Shown here: positions 8,565-17,818 of the stretch, in pieces
Layout: each line of letters opens with the position of its first letter
Position numbering within the stretch: the first letter of the stretch is position 1
NCBI GenBank assembly: GCA_963666275.2
Contig: CAXXOA010000002.1
Span: 1,376,001-1,440,000 of the forward strand
Length of the DNA: 64,000 nt
DNA from: Oceanispirochaeta sp.
GTDB taxonomy: Bacteria > Spirochaetota > Spirochaetia > DSM-2461
Direction of reading: 5' to 3'
Position numbers and translations under genes: made by a program
Notes under the pieces: model-generated
The model's input: only the letters and a program-made list of their open reading frames with translations
What the model was told of the DNA's origin: nothing
Database searches by the model: none

Positions 8565-9403
8565 ATGGTCACCACCAGTTTTCTGTCGGCCCAGCAGTTG
8601 ACGCTGAGCGCCACGGGCATCCCCGCAATGTGGGTCGGATAGGTTTCAATTTTCACTCCCAGGGCTGTGGTTTTACCCCCCAGGCCGCCCGATCCGATTC
8701 CGGTGGCGTTGATCCTGTCTGTAATGTCTTTTTCAAGCTGGGCATACCAGGGATCGGGATGATGTTCATCCAGATTCCGGAACAGGGCTTTCTTGGAGAG
8801 TTTGGCCGCATAATCCATGGTGCCTCCGATCCCCACCCCCAGAACCACCGGAGGGCAGGGGGCTCCGCCGGCTTCTGTAATGGCTCCCACAATGGAATTG
8901 ATAACGGTTTCCCTGTCCGAGGTGGGTTTGAGCATAAAGACCCGGCTGCAGTTTTCACTGCCGAACCCTTTCAGAAGCCCCCGCACAACCAGGCGGTCTC
9001 CCGGCAGGCAGTCATAATAGATGACCGGCGGGAGATTGTTCTGTGTATTGGTTCTGTCTTTCAGAGGATCTTTTACTATGGACTTACGGAAAAAACCCTC
9101 CCTGTAGGCATCTTCCACGGCATCATGCAGGACCTTTTCCAGGGGATCTCCCTCTAACACAAGATCCTGTCCTATGGAGGCAAAAAGCACTACCATCCCC
9201 GTATCCTGGCAGAGGGGCATATGATTCTTTCTCGCCAGAGTCAGATTTTCCACGATATGACAGAGCACTGTTTCCGCCGGACCCTCCTCCATTTTTCTGG
9301 CTTTTTCTATCCCCGAGAGGATATCATCCGGCAGAATCACTCCTGCCTTCATAATCGCATTTTTCAGGGGGGTATAGATTTCCCGGGCATTTATCTTTCT
9401 CAT
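8561..9403 (-). CDS. Class I fumarate hydratase/tartrate dehydratase alpha subunit (Fe-S)
   Basis: PLCQDTG, KGFGSEN, CPP..GVGIGG, GSGGLGG, HIAGMPVA..NCWA. Confidence 0.92.
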   Translation of the reverse strand: MRKINAREIYTPLKNAIMKAGVILPDDILSGIEKARKMEEGPAETVLCHIVENLTLARKNHMPLCQDTGMVVLFASIGQDLVLEGDPLEKVLHDAVEDAYREGFFRKSIVKDPLKDRTNTQNNLPPVIYYDCLPGDRLVVRGLLKGFGSENCSRVFMLKPTSDRETVINSIVGAITEAGGAPCPPVVLGVGIGGTMDYAAKLSKKALFRNLDEHHPDPWYAQLEKDITDRINATGIGSGGLGGKTTALGVKIETYPTHIAGMPVALSVNCWADRKLVVTI

Positions 9404-9415
9404 GGCAGACCTTTC

Positions 9416-10213
9416 TTATTTGAGATTGTTTATGACTTTTCTGGCTTCTTCCAGATCATTCATCAGATTCAGCATACGGACGCTGTTTTTCATCCTGGCC
9501 AGGAAGAGATTCACATCAAAAGGCTTCATGATGTAGTCGTCGGCGCCGAAAAGGAGGATCTGGGACATGGCTTTGTAGCTCCTGATTCCCGAAATGGCAA
9601 TAATGACTTTATTCCCCTTCCGCTCCTTCAGTTTCATCACGACTTCTTCTCCGGAAATCTCGGGCATGATAAGGTCTACAAGGTAGATCGTGTAGGCCTT
9701 TGAACTCCTGAGAAGCTCCGCAGGATCCTGAAAGTAGTCTACCTGACTGATTCCGTTCAGTTCAAATATGCTTCTGATCGCATTCAGGGCCACCTTGCTA
9801 TCATCCAGGACCGCAATGGTCTGCTTCTGCAGTTCCCTGGAGAAGCTGTCTTCGGATATGAAAATGTCAAAGTATTTATCCAGCCTGTGCTGGGATATCT
9901 CGGATTTGAGGATGTAGTCAACCACACCCAGATCAAAGAGTTCCTCCCGGGATTCCAGGGAGTTATCTGAGGTCACGGCAATAACGGGTATGGAGCTGAA
10001 GGAGGATTTTTTCAGACTGGTAATAAAATCTTCGCCTCTTGTATCAGCCAGCTCCAGGCCGGTAATGATCAGGTCTATTTCCTGGGCTTTCAGAATTTCC
10101 ATGGCTTCTGAGGCACAGTCGGACTCGGCAAACTGGAGTCCCTTCTCTATGGCAATGTTTTTTATGATTTTCCTTATAAACGGACTGTTGTCCAGGTGGA
10201 GGATTTTCTTCAT
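9416..10213 (-). CDS. Tandem receiver-domain response regulator without output domain
   Basis: Two CheY-like domains. The first has Thr at the phospho-Asp position (DLIITGL); the second is canonical (LDDS, LVDLIMP, MKP). Confidence 0.85.
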   Translation of the reverse strand: MKKILHLDNSPFIRKIIKNIAIEKGLQFAESDCASEAMEILKAQEIDLIITGLELADTRGEDFITSLKKSSFSSIPVIAVTSDNSLESREELFDLGVVDYILKSEISQHRLDKYFDIFISEDSFSRELQKQTIAVLDDSKVALNAIRSIFELNGISQVDYFQDPAELLRSSKAYTIYLVDLIMPEISGEEVVMKLKERKGNKVIIAISGIRSYKAMSQILLFGADDYIMKPFDVNLFLARMKNSVRMLNLMNDLEEARKVINNLK

Positions 10214-10327
10214 TTTATTTCCTTACTCGGGTCATTGGGATGTCTCTCTGGGAATAGTATAGTATGCGTATTTTTAATTGGCAATCAGGGTGCATTTTTA
10301 TTAGAGTTGTTTACATACGGAGGATTT

Positions 10328-11401
10328 ATGATTAAAAAGCTCTTCTTTCTAATGCTGCTGTATACAATGCTTTTTAGTATCTCCTGCAGAAAGGACGACG
10401 CGGATACGGCCTCCTCAGCCAGTGAATGGGCTCCCTCTGATAAAGAGCCCGTGGCAGTGGAAACGGCACCGGTCAGATCCGAAGCGTTTTTTCAGGGGAT
10501 TGAAGCATCAGGTATCCTGGAGGGGATCCGCGAAGCTGATGTTGTCTCTGAAACCTCGGGTATTATAAAAGATGTTTTGTTTGAGATAGGAGATTACGTC
10601 GAGCAGGGAGATCTTCTGCTGACCGTTGAAAATGATCTGATGAAAACCAATCTGGAATACTCCCGGCAGGAATTGAAGACGGCCCGGCTTGAGTTCGAGG
10701 CGGTAGAGAAGTCCTATAAGACAGGGGGAACCTCCCTGGTTGCCTACAATCAGTCCATGGCAAAGCGGAAAGGGGCCAGGTACCGGTTTGAGCAGGCGGA
10801 AGATGCCTATGAGAATACAAGGATCAGAGCGCCTTTTGCGGGGTTCATCAGCACAAGAGACAGCGCTATTATCCCCGGGAGTTCTCTCTCTCCCGGAGTC
10901 GCAGTGACTCACATTGTGGATACCTCGTCTTTTCAGATCCGGCTTTCCGTGGGTGAAGAGGCGGTTTCTCAGGTCCTTCCGGGGGCGGCCGCCACTGTTT
11001 TCGTCAATGCTCTGCCGGGAAAAACAATCGAGGCATTTATCAGAGCTGTTTCACCGGGGAGCGGCAGAAGCAGCGGACGCTTTCCAGTGGTTGTCCAATG
11101 GGAAAATGCAGACAACCTTCCTGTTAAATCGGGAATGTCTGCCCGGGTCCTTCTCCAGCCTGAAACGGGAGGGGAAAAGGAGCTGGTGGCTCCCTCATCC
11201 GCACTGGTTTTCCGGAATGGCCTCTCCTATGTCTTCAGGGTTGCAGAGAATACGGCTGAACCTGTTCAGGTGGATGTTCTGAGAATCCTGGGGAACAGAG
11301 CCTCCCTTCAGGGGGATATCCGAAGCGGTGACAGCGTCATCGTCTCAGGTCTGAACTCTCTGGCTCCGGGAGATCCTGTCCTGCCCCGGCCCGTGGATTA
11401 A
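10328..11401 (+). CDS. RND efflux periplasmic adaptor (MFP), lipoprotein
   Basis: Lipobox-like SISC, GDYVEQGDLL, IRAPFAG, KSGMSARV. Start moved to the ATG at 10328 behind GGAGG. Confidence 0.9.
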   Translation: MIKKLFFLMLLYTMLFSISCRKDDADTASSASEWAPSDKEPVAVETAPVRSEAFFQGIEASGILEGIREADVVSETSGIIKDVLFEIGDYVEQGDLLLTVENDLMKTNLEYSRQELKTARLEFEAVEKSYKTGGTSLVAYNQSMAKRKGARYRFEQAEDAYENTRIRAPFAGFISTRDSAIIPGSSLSPGVAVTHIVDTSSFQIRLSVGEEAVSQVLPGAAATVFVNALPGKTIEAFIRAVSPGSGRSSGRFPVVVQWENADNLPVKSGMSARVLLQPETGGEKELVAPSSALVFRNGLSYVFRVAENTAEPVQVDVLRILGNRASLQGDIRSGDSVIVSGLNSLAPGDPVLPRPVD

Positions 11402-11413
11402 CAGAGGAGTCCT

Positions 11414-14400
11414 ATGAATATTGGAAAGTTTTCGGTCAGCAATCCTGTCCTTCTGAATATCCTTATGATAAGCCTCCTCCTTATGGGGGGGCTCAGCCTC
11501 TCCCGGATGCCCCGGGAGCAGTTTTCGGAAGTTCCCTTCTATTTTGTGAACATCCTCATTCCCTATCCCGGTGTTTCCGCCGAGGATATGGAAACCCTGG
11601 TCACGATTCCCGTGGAGAATGAAATGCAGGGCCTGGATGAACTGGATGAAATACAGTCTCTCTCCGGGGAGGGATTGTCCTCCCTGCAGATTCAGTTCAA
11701 CAGCGGCATCTCTTCGGATGAGTTTGACAAGCTCTTCCAGGATGTGAGAACCCGGTTCAGCAGGGTCTCTCTTTCGGAAGATGTCCTGGAACCTTCGATT
11801 GATGATTTTTCCTCCAATGATTTTCTTCCCGTCATAGAAGTTGTTCTGACGGGCACGGAAGACTACGAGAGACTGCGCAAAGCGGCGGATATCCTCTACG
11901 ACCGGCTGATCCGGGTAAAGGATGTCTCCTCCATCGATCTGGTGGGCTCCCGGAGCAGACAGATCTTTATAGAGGCGGATAATACAAGACTGGAAGCCCG
12001 GGATCTGTCGGTCCTGGATATCCTTTCCACCCTCCGGGACAATAACAGCAATGTTCCCGCGGGTAGTATCACGAGTGAAAACAGACAGTTCCTGGTAAGG
12101 TCCATCGGAGAATCAGGCACTGTGGAGAATCTGGGAAACCTGGTTGTCCGGAGGGACGAATACGGGGCTGTGAGGATTCAGGATGTGGCGCAGATTCTGG
12201 ACGGTTATGATCCCAGGGGGGTCCGGGCCCGGTATAACGGAAATACCGCTGTGATCCTCAGGATCTCCAAAATCCCCGGAGGGAACTCCATCGGGGTGAT
12301 TGAAGATGTCCGGGAGGCTGTGAAGGAGTGGCAAACCGGCCTCTACAGCGATATCCGGGTGGATTATCAGAGCGACTCCTCCCTTCAGATAAGGCAGAGT
12401 ATCCAGGTGCTTGTAAACAACGCTCTTTTCGGTCTTCTTCTGCTTGTGATTCTGCTCCTGCTGTTTGTGGGGCTCCGGAATGCCCTTATGACGGCTCTGG
12501 GAATCCCTGTGACCTTTGCGGTCACGTTCCTGATCCTGGAGCTCACAGGAGAGACCTTCAACAGCAACACCCTCTTTGCTCTGGTTCTTGTGCTGGGGCT
12601 GATTGTGGATCATGCCATTGTGATCATCGAAAACAGCTTCCGGCTGGAACAGATCGGTCTTCCCAGGCATGATGCGGCCATAAAAGGAACAAACCAGGTG
12701 GTGGTGCCTGTCATCGCCGCCACGGCCACCACTGTGGCGGCCTTTATCCCCCTGATGATCCTGCCGGGGACGATCGGCAAATTCCTCAGAGTGATTCCTC
12801 TCACCGTGTCTATTGCCCTGGTGGTTTCCACAGCCGAAGCGGTATTCTTTCTTCCCTCCCACTATGCAGACTGGCCGGGGGGGCATAAAAAGGCCCGGAA
12901 CGAAGAGAGGTTTTTCGGTCTGTTCCGTAACAGGTTCCAGCACTTCCTGGAGAAGGCCTACCGCAGAAAGAAGACCACAGTGCTTCTGCTTGTTCTCGTT
13001 ATGATCGGCTCCTTCAGTCTTGTTCCCCGGTTGAATCAGGATCTTTTCAGCGCCGAGGATTTCACTCTCTTCTATATTGATGTGGATCTTCCTCCCGGCA
13101 GCTCTCTCGATAAGACGGATGCTCTCATCAGATCCTATGAACAGAGGCTTGTTCCCCTTGTGGGGAACGGGGAGGTGTCTGGCATAGGCAGCTTTATAGG
13201 TTTCCGGGGGGAATCCGCCGGCAATACAACCCGAGGGAATGTGGGGCAGATCGTGGTGGATCTTACCGAAATAGATCAGGGACGGATCCGCAGCATTCAG
13301 CAGATCATGGATGAGATCAGATATCAGACCCGGGATATCCCCGGAGCTGAGAGGATTGAATTCAGACGCGCCGCCAATGGCCCTCCCACCAGTCCTCCCG
13401 TGTCTTTCCGTCTTTTCGGGAACTCCTATGAAGAGCTGAGCCTTGTCAGCCGGTCTCTCCGGGAGAAGTTGGCCGAGTATCCCGAACTGATCAATATCAA
13501 GGACAATTACGAATCGGGAACTCCCGAGATCCGTATCATCATCGACAAGGATCTTGTCTCCCGCTATGGAATGAGTGCTTCCTATGTGGGGCAGTATCTG
13601 CGGGCCTCTCTGGAGGGGATCAAAGGGGGGACATTCTTTCAGAATAACGAGGACGTGGATATTCTGGTGGGGTTTTCCGCTGAGGGAGCTCTCAGGGCGG
13701 AGGACCTTGCGGATCTGAAAATTCAGACACCCCGGGGAGATTCTATTCCTCTGGGGTCTATCAGCCGGATGGACCAGGGACGGGCCCTGGCCTCCATCAG
13801 ACGTCTGGACGGGCTGAGAGAGATCACCATAGAAGCGGAGACCTATGACAAAGAGACCGTCCGGGAGATCAATAAGGCGGTGGAAGAGCTTTTTGACTCC
13901 CGTTTCAGCAGGCGCTATCCTGATATGAGGCTGGTTGTGGGAGGAGAGTTCTCCGAGTTCAATGATCTGCTGATTCAGATTGCCCGGATTTTTCTTGTCG
14001 GAATTTTTCTCATTTATCTGATCCTGGGGGCCCAGTTCAGTTCATACACCCAGCCGCTTCTGATCCTTCTGACCGTTCCCTTTGCGTTTACTGGAGTCAT
14101 TCTCTACCTCTTTTTCTCGGGTACGGCTTTTTCCACGACAGTCCTCTACTCGGGAGTCGCTCTGGCTGGCATTGCGGTTAACGACTCGATCGTGCTTATC
14201 AGTTTCATCAACGAACTGCGGAAAGAGGGGACTGCTACAGGGCAGGCAGTCATCCAGGCGGCCGTGACCAGGCTCAGGCCGATCATTCTGACAAGCCTCA
14301 CAACCATTGTAGGACTCCTCCCCACTGCCGCGGGCCTGGGAGGATCTTCCGTGGTCTGGGGGCCCATGGCCAGGACAATCATCTTCGGTCTTGTCTTTTC

Positions 14401-14473
14401 CACCCTGACCGCTCTAGTACTGATTCCCTGCTTTTACGGCCTCTTTTTTGATAAAAGAAAAAAAAACGGATAA
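11414..14473 (+). CDS. RND efflux permease (AcrB/MdtB-like)
   Basis: 1019 aa; PGVSAEDME, GLIVDHAIVIIEN, GIAVNDSIVL, RLRPIILTSLTT. Confidence 0.95.
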   Translation: MNIGKFSVSNPVLLNILMISLLLMGGLSLSRMPREQFSEVPFYFVNILIPYPGVSAEDMETLVTIPVENEMQGLDELDEIQSLSGEGLSSLQIQFNSGISSDEFDKLFQDVRTRFSRVSLSEDVLEPSIDDFSSNDFLPVIEVVLTGTEDYERLRKAADILYDRLIRVKDVSSIDLVGSRSRQIFIEADNTRLEARDLSVLDILSTLRDNNSNVPAGSITSENRQFLVRSIGESGTVENLGNLVVRRDEYGAVRIQDVAQILDGYDPRGVRARYNGNTAVILRISKIPGGNSIGVIEDVREAVKEWQTGLYSDIRVDYQSDSSLQIRQSIQVLVNNALFGLLLLVILLLLFVGLRNALMTALGIPVTFAVTFLILELTGETFNSNTLFALVLVLGLIVDHAIVIIENSFRLEQIGLPRHDAAIKGTNQVVVPVIAATATTVAAFIPLMILPGTIGKFLRVIPLTVSIALVVSTAEAVFFLPSHYADWPGGHKKARNEERFFGLFRNRFQHFLEKAYRRKKTTVLLLVLVMIGSFSLVPRLNQDLFSAEDFTLFYIDVDLPPGSSLDKTDALIRSYEQRLVPLVGNGEVSGIGSFIGFRGESAGNTTRGNVGQIVVDLTEIDQGRIRSIQQIMDEIRYQTRDIPGAERIEFRRAANGPPTSPPVSFRLFGNSYEELSLVSRSLREKLAEYPELINIKDNYESGTPEIRIIIDKDLVSRYGMSASYVGQYLRASLEGIKGGTFFQNNEDVDILVGFSAEGALRAEDLADLKIQTPRGDSIPLGSISRMDQGRALASIRRLDGLREITIEAETYDKETVREINKAVEELFDSRFSRRYPDMRLVVGGEFSEFNDLLIQIARIFLVGIFLIYLILGAQFSSYTQPLLILLTVPFAFTGVILYLFFSGTAFSTTVLYSGVALAGIAVNDSIVLISFINELRKEGTATGQAVIQAAVTRLRPIILTSLTTIVGLLPTAAGLGGSSVVWGPMARTIIFGLVFSTLTALVLIPCFYGLFFDKRKKNG

Positions 14474-14523
14474 TTCAGAGGCTGTTTATATCTCGTTCAT
14501 ATCTATCGTAGTATATTGGTATT

Positions 14524-15225
14524 ATGACCAGAATACTCATAGGCGAAGACGAAAGAAAAATTAACGATATGATCCGGGACTACCTGGATGCTCTGGGTTT
14601 TGATCCTGTCCAGGCCTTTGACGGGCGGGAGGTGCTGAAGGAGTTTCGGAAAGATCCTCCTGATCTTATCCTGCTGGATATTATGATGCCTGTTCTGGAC
14701 GGGACGGATGTGCTCCGGGAGATCCGGAAAGAGAGCCGGGTTCCGGTCATTATGGTGACTGCCAGAGCCGAAGAGGGAGACAAAGTCCTGGGGCTGGAAC
14801 TGGGGGCGGATGACTATATATCCAAACCTTTCAGTATGAAAGAGATGGCCGCCCGGGTACGGGCTGTCCTAAGACGGGCCGCTCCCCTGGATACGGCGGA
14901 ACCGGAGGCGGCGGAAGACTCTCCAGTCTCTCTGGGGGATCTGACCATGGATCCTGTCAAAATGAGTGTAAAAGTCCGGGGGATCCCTGTGGATATGACC
15001 GCCGCCCAGTTTCAGATCCTCTATAAACTGATCCGCTCTCCCGGCAGGGTCTACTCCCGTATGGATCTTCTGAAAGCCTTTCAGGATGATCCATTCGAAG
15101 GATACGAAAGATCTATGGATGTGCATATCAAAAACATAAGGAAACTTATAGAAGAAGATCCGGCCCATCCTGAATATATTCAGACCGTATGGGGTGTGGG
15201 CTATAGAATGAGGGAGTGGGAATGA
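14524..15225 (+). CDS. OmpR-family response regulator (BaeR-like)
   Basis: LLDIMMP, GADDYISKPF, RSMDVHIKNIR, TVWGVGY. Confidence 0.93.
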   Translation: MTRILIGEDERKINDMIRDYLDALGFDPVQAFDGREVLKEFRKDPPDLILLDIMMPVLDGTDVLREIRKESRVPVIMVTARAEEGDKVLGLELGADDYISKPFSMKEMAARVRAVLRRAAPLDTAEPEAAEDSPVSLGDLTMDPVKMSVKVRGIPVDMTAAQFQILYKLIRSPGRVYSRMDLLKAFQDDPFEGYERSMDVHIKNIRKLIEEDPAHPEYIQTVWGVGYRMREWE

Positions 15226-16664
15226 AGCAGTCTCTCTCTCTCAAGCTGGCTTTTCTCATTGCTGTCACCATGGTGATAAGCAGTCTTGTCACTATTTTTC
15301 TTGTCAATTCTTTAACCGCCCGGCGCTTCAGTTCCTATGCTCTCCAGAGAGACCTGGACCTGGCTCAGGCCATGGCGGATTCCCTGACCAGAGCCGCCGA
15401 TGAAGGGTCTCTGGACGAGACTCTGCGCTCTTTTTCTACCACCCCCATGAGGCTGGAAAATGGTCTATTCCGGAACAACGGGATGATGAGTCACAGAGGG
15501 ATGATGGGGCGGATGCGGGATGAGGGGCCCTTTGTTCCTCTTGCCGTGACGGATACGGAAGGGAACTTTATTGCCGGGACTCCTCCGGGGACTATGGATG
15601 AGGCTCTGCCTGTCCGGGAACTGGATCTGGACACAGGTGTCCCCTATTACTCCCGGGACAGAATCGCAGGCTATGTCTTTGCAGGATCCATGCTGGAGGG
15701 GGGCCTTCCGGCTAACGAGAGGGAGTATCTGAAGGATCTCCTCCTGGGAGTTCTCCTCTCGTCTCTTCTGGCTGCCCTTATCGCCTCGGTAACAGGGTTT
15801 CTTGTTCTGAAGAGGATTCTCAAACCTCTGAAATCCCTGCAGAAAGGGGTTCATCAGCTGGGCCGGGGAGACTACACCCATCGGGTGGAGAGTTCCGGGA
15901 ACCGGGATGAGATAGGACTCCTGGCAGAGAGCTTCAATGATATGGCCCGGTCGCTGGAAGCTTCGGAGCAGTGGAAAAAACAGATTATTTCTGATACGGC
16001 CCATGAGCTCCGTACTCCTGTGAGTCTTATCATGGGAAACCTTGAAATGATGCTGGAAGGGGTGTATCAGGCGGATGAGAAAAGGCTGAGATCTCTCTAT
16101 AACGAGAGTTCCCTTCTGGCGGAGCTGATCAAGGATCTGCAGGTTCTGGCCAATGCTGAATCGGGAACAACCAGTCTGGAACACGAGGAGTTTGATCCTG
16201 ATGATCTGATCCGTATTTCAGCCGACGGCTTTCTCCCTGTGGCGCGGGAAAAGAATATCCGCCTCTCCACAGAGTGCCGCGGAGAGGGAATGATAAGGGG
16301 GGACCGGAGAAAAATCCATCAGGTTATAAAAAATCTTCTCTCCAATGCGGTCCGCTACACTCCCGGGGAGGGGACCATCACTCTGAGGAGTTACAGGAAA
16401 GGGAGCTCCTTCATTCTGGAAGTAGAAGACACAGGTCCCGGTGTTCCTGAACAGGAAAGGCTTCGCATATTTGACAGATTCTACAGGATCGATAAGTCCA
16501 GAAACAGAGAAGACGGGGGAGCCGGGCTGGGCCTGGCCATCAGTAAAGCCATCATTGAGATGCATAAAGGCGAAATTTCTGTGGGAAACGGTCCCTCCGG
16601 AGGCGCTCTTTTCAGGGTCATTTTGCCGGATTTACAGCAAGAAATTCAACTTTCAGGAAAATAG
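15222..16664 (+). CDS. HAMP sensor histidine kinase (BaeS-like)
   Basis: Two TMs, HAMP (DEIGLLAESFN), AHELRTP, NAVRY, DTGPG, GAGLGL. The ATG at 15222 overlaps the regulator stop; an alternative start lies at 15216. Confidence 0.92.
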   Translation: MKQSLSLKLAFLIAVTMVISSLVTIFLVNSLTARRFSSYALQRDLDLAQAMADSLTRAADEGSLDETLRSFSTTPMRLENGLFRNNGMMSHRGMMGRMRDEGPFVPLAVTDTEGNFIAGTPPGTMDEALPVRELDLDTGVPYYSRDRIAGYVFAGSMLEGGLPANEREYLKDLLLGVLLSSLLAALIASVTGFLVLKRILKPLKSLQKGVHQLGRGDYTHRVESSGNRDEIGLLAESFNDMARSLEASEQWKKQIISDTAHELRTPVSLIMGNLEMMLEGVYQADEKRLRSLYNESSLLAELIKDLQVLANAESGTTSLEHEEFDPDDLIRISADGFLPVAREKNIRLSTECRGEGMIRGDRRKIHQVIKNLLSNAVRYTPGEGTITLRSYRKGSSFILEVEDTGPGVPEQERLRIFDRFYRIDKSRNREDGGAGLGLAISKAIIEMHKGEISVGNGPSGGALFRVILPDLQQEIQLSGK

Positions 16665-16749
16665 TAAAACCTTTTACCCGGGAACGGGAAAATGGTAAAA
16701 ATGACAGGACAAAAAAACAGATCAAACTGTCAAAAAAAAGCTTGACTTA

Positions 16750-16778
16750 TTGACTTTTCGATGCTGAGGCGTTATATT
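16750..16778 (+). promoter_or_regulatory. Sigma70-type promoter of the candidate sRNA
   Basis: TTGACT (16750-16755), 17-nt spacer, TATATT (16773-16778), with an A-rich tract upstream. Confidence 0.75.
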
Positions 16779-16784
16779 TGTTTT

Positions 16785-16959
16785 ATCAATGAAGTATTTC
16801 ACTGTCGGGTAAGTTTTCCCTCCTTTTCTTATCAGACAGTAAAGAATATGCAGGGTATGTTGTTAACTACCCTGCGGGAAGAAGAGCTTGATTAACTTTT
16901 TTTCCATTTGATTTTTGGGCCCTTGCAGTTTCCTCCTTTTCTGCAAGGGCTTTTTTTTT
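16785..16959 (+). ncRNA. Candidate small regulatory RNA (~175 nt) with two CCUCCUUUU loops
   Basis: Own promoter; hairpins at 16801-16840, 16850-16875 and 16919-16950 plus U9; no credible ORF. The 5' end is inferred from the promoter. Confidence 0.65.
16919..16959 (+). terminator. Rho-independent terminator
   Basis: GCCCTTGCAG-TTTCCTCCTTTT-CTGCAAGGGC followed by T9. Confidence 0.9.
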
Positions 16960-17043
16960 CTCCCTATCGTTTATTTTCGCATTTCATTATTTTTTTGTAA
17001 AGAAAAAATTACAATTATGAATAAATCTGTTATAAAACCTTTC

Positions 17044-17760
17044 TTAAAAGGGCAGCAGGCTCATAATCAGTCCTATCAGACCTCCGAACACTCCTCCCCA
17101 GAGAACAAGCCATCCCAGATGTTTTCTGATCATGGCCTGAATGATCTCTTTCACAGCCTGAGGTGTCAGTTCCTCCAGACGGGCGGCTACAATGTTCTCG
17201 ACTTTGGCTATAATATCCTCTGCGGCTTTTCCCGTATCCATTGATCCCGCCAGAGACGCGTGAAACTCGGGACTGGCTGCTTCCGTCAGAATGATCTGCC
17301 GTGTTTTCTCTTTGAAAGGGGCTCTGAATCCTTCAATCACAGAGGCTCCGCCGAACATGCTCAGCATACCTCCCAGGGACGACGAGAGGATTGTTTCGGT
17401 CAGACCGTCAAAGATCCTGTCATAATTGACAGCATCTGCCGCAGCGGAGAAATCCACTTTTGCCGTCATAACACCGGCTTCGTCGTTCATAATCCGGTTC
17501 ACATTTTCAATGGTGAAAAACTGGTTCATGATCATGGTATGAATCCCCTTTTTGAACTCCTGAAAATGGAGGGGAATCACTCCGGAGCCGTACAGCCCGG
17601 GGACTTTTTCAAAAAGCATGTGAATGGCCAGCCAGTTTGTAACGGCTCCCGACAGGGCAAAAAAGCCCATGGACAGAATCTGCTCGCTGAAAACAGGAAC
17701 CATGTAACCCAGGGCTATGACAAGCAGGGTGATCAAAGTTGTGATACTACTCATATTCAT
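17044..17760 (-). CDS. DUF445 family membrane protein
   Basis: FALSGAVTNWLAIHMLFEKVPGLYGSGVIP and HLGWLVLWGGVFGGLIG. Start moved to the ATG at 17760 to avoid overlap with the divergent gene. Confidence 0.85.
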   Translation of the reverse strand: MNMSSITTLITLLVIALGYMVPVFSEQILSMGFFALSGAVTNWLAIHMLFEKVPGLYGSGVIPLHFQEFKKGIHTMIMNQFFTIENVNRIMNDEAGVMTAKVDFSAAADAVNYDRIFDGLTETILSSSLGGMLSMFGGASVIEGFRAPFKEKTRQIILTEAASPEFHASLAGSMDTGKAAEDIIAKVENIVAARLEELTPQAVKEIIQAMIRKHLGWLVLWGGVFGGLIGLIMSLLPF

Positions 17761-17818
17761 TGGTTTTCTCTCTCTTCTATAGTAATGATCCTTGTGATTC
17801 CGATATATTAAATGAGTC

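Noticed and set aside
16915..17244. 109-aa ORF downstream of the sRNA promoter
   Set aside because: It starts at the terminator hairpin, has no RBS and overlaps the DUF445 gene in antisense.
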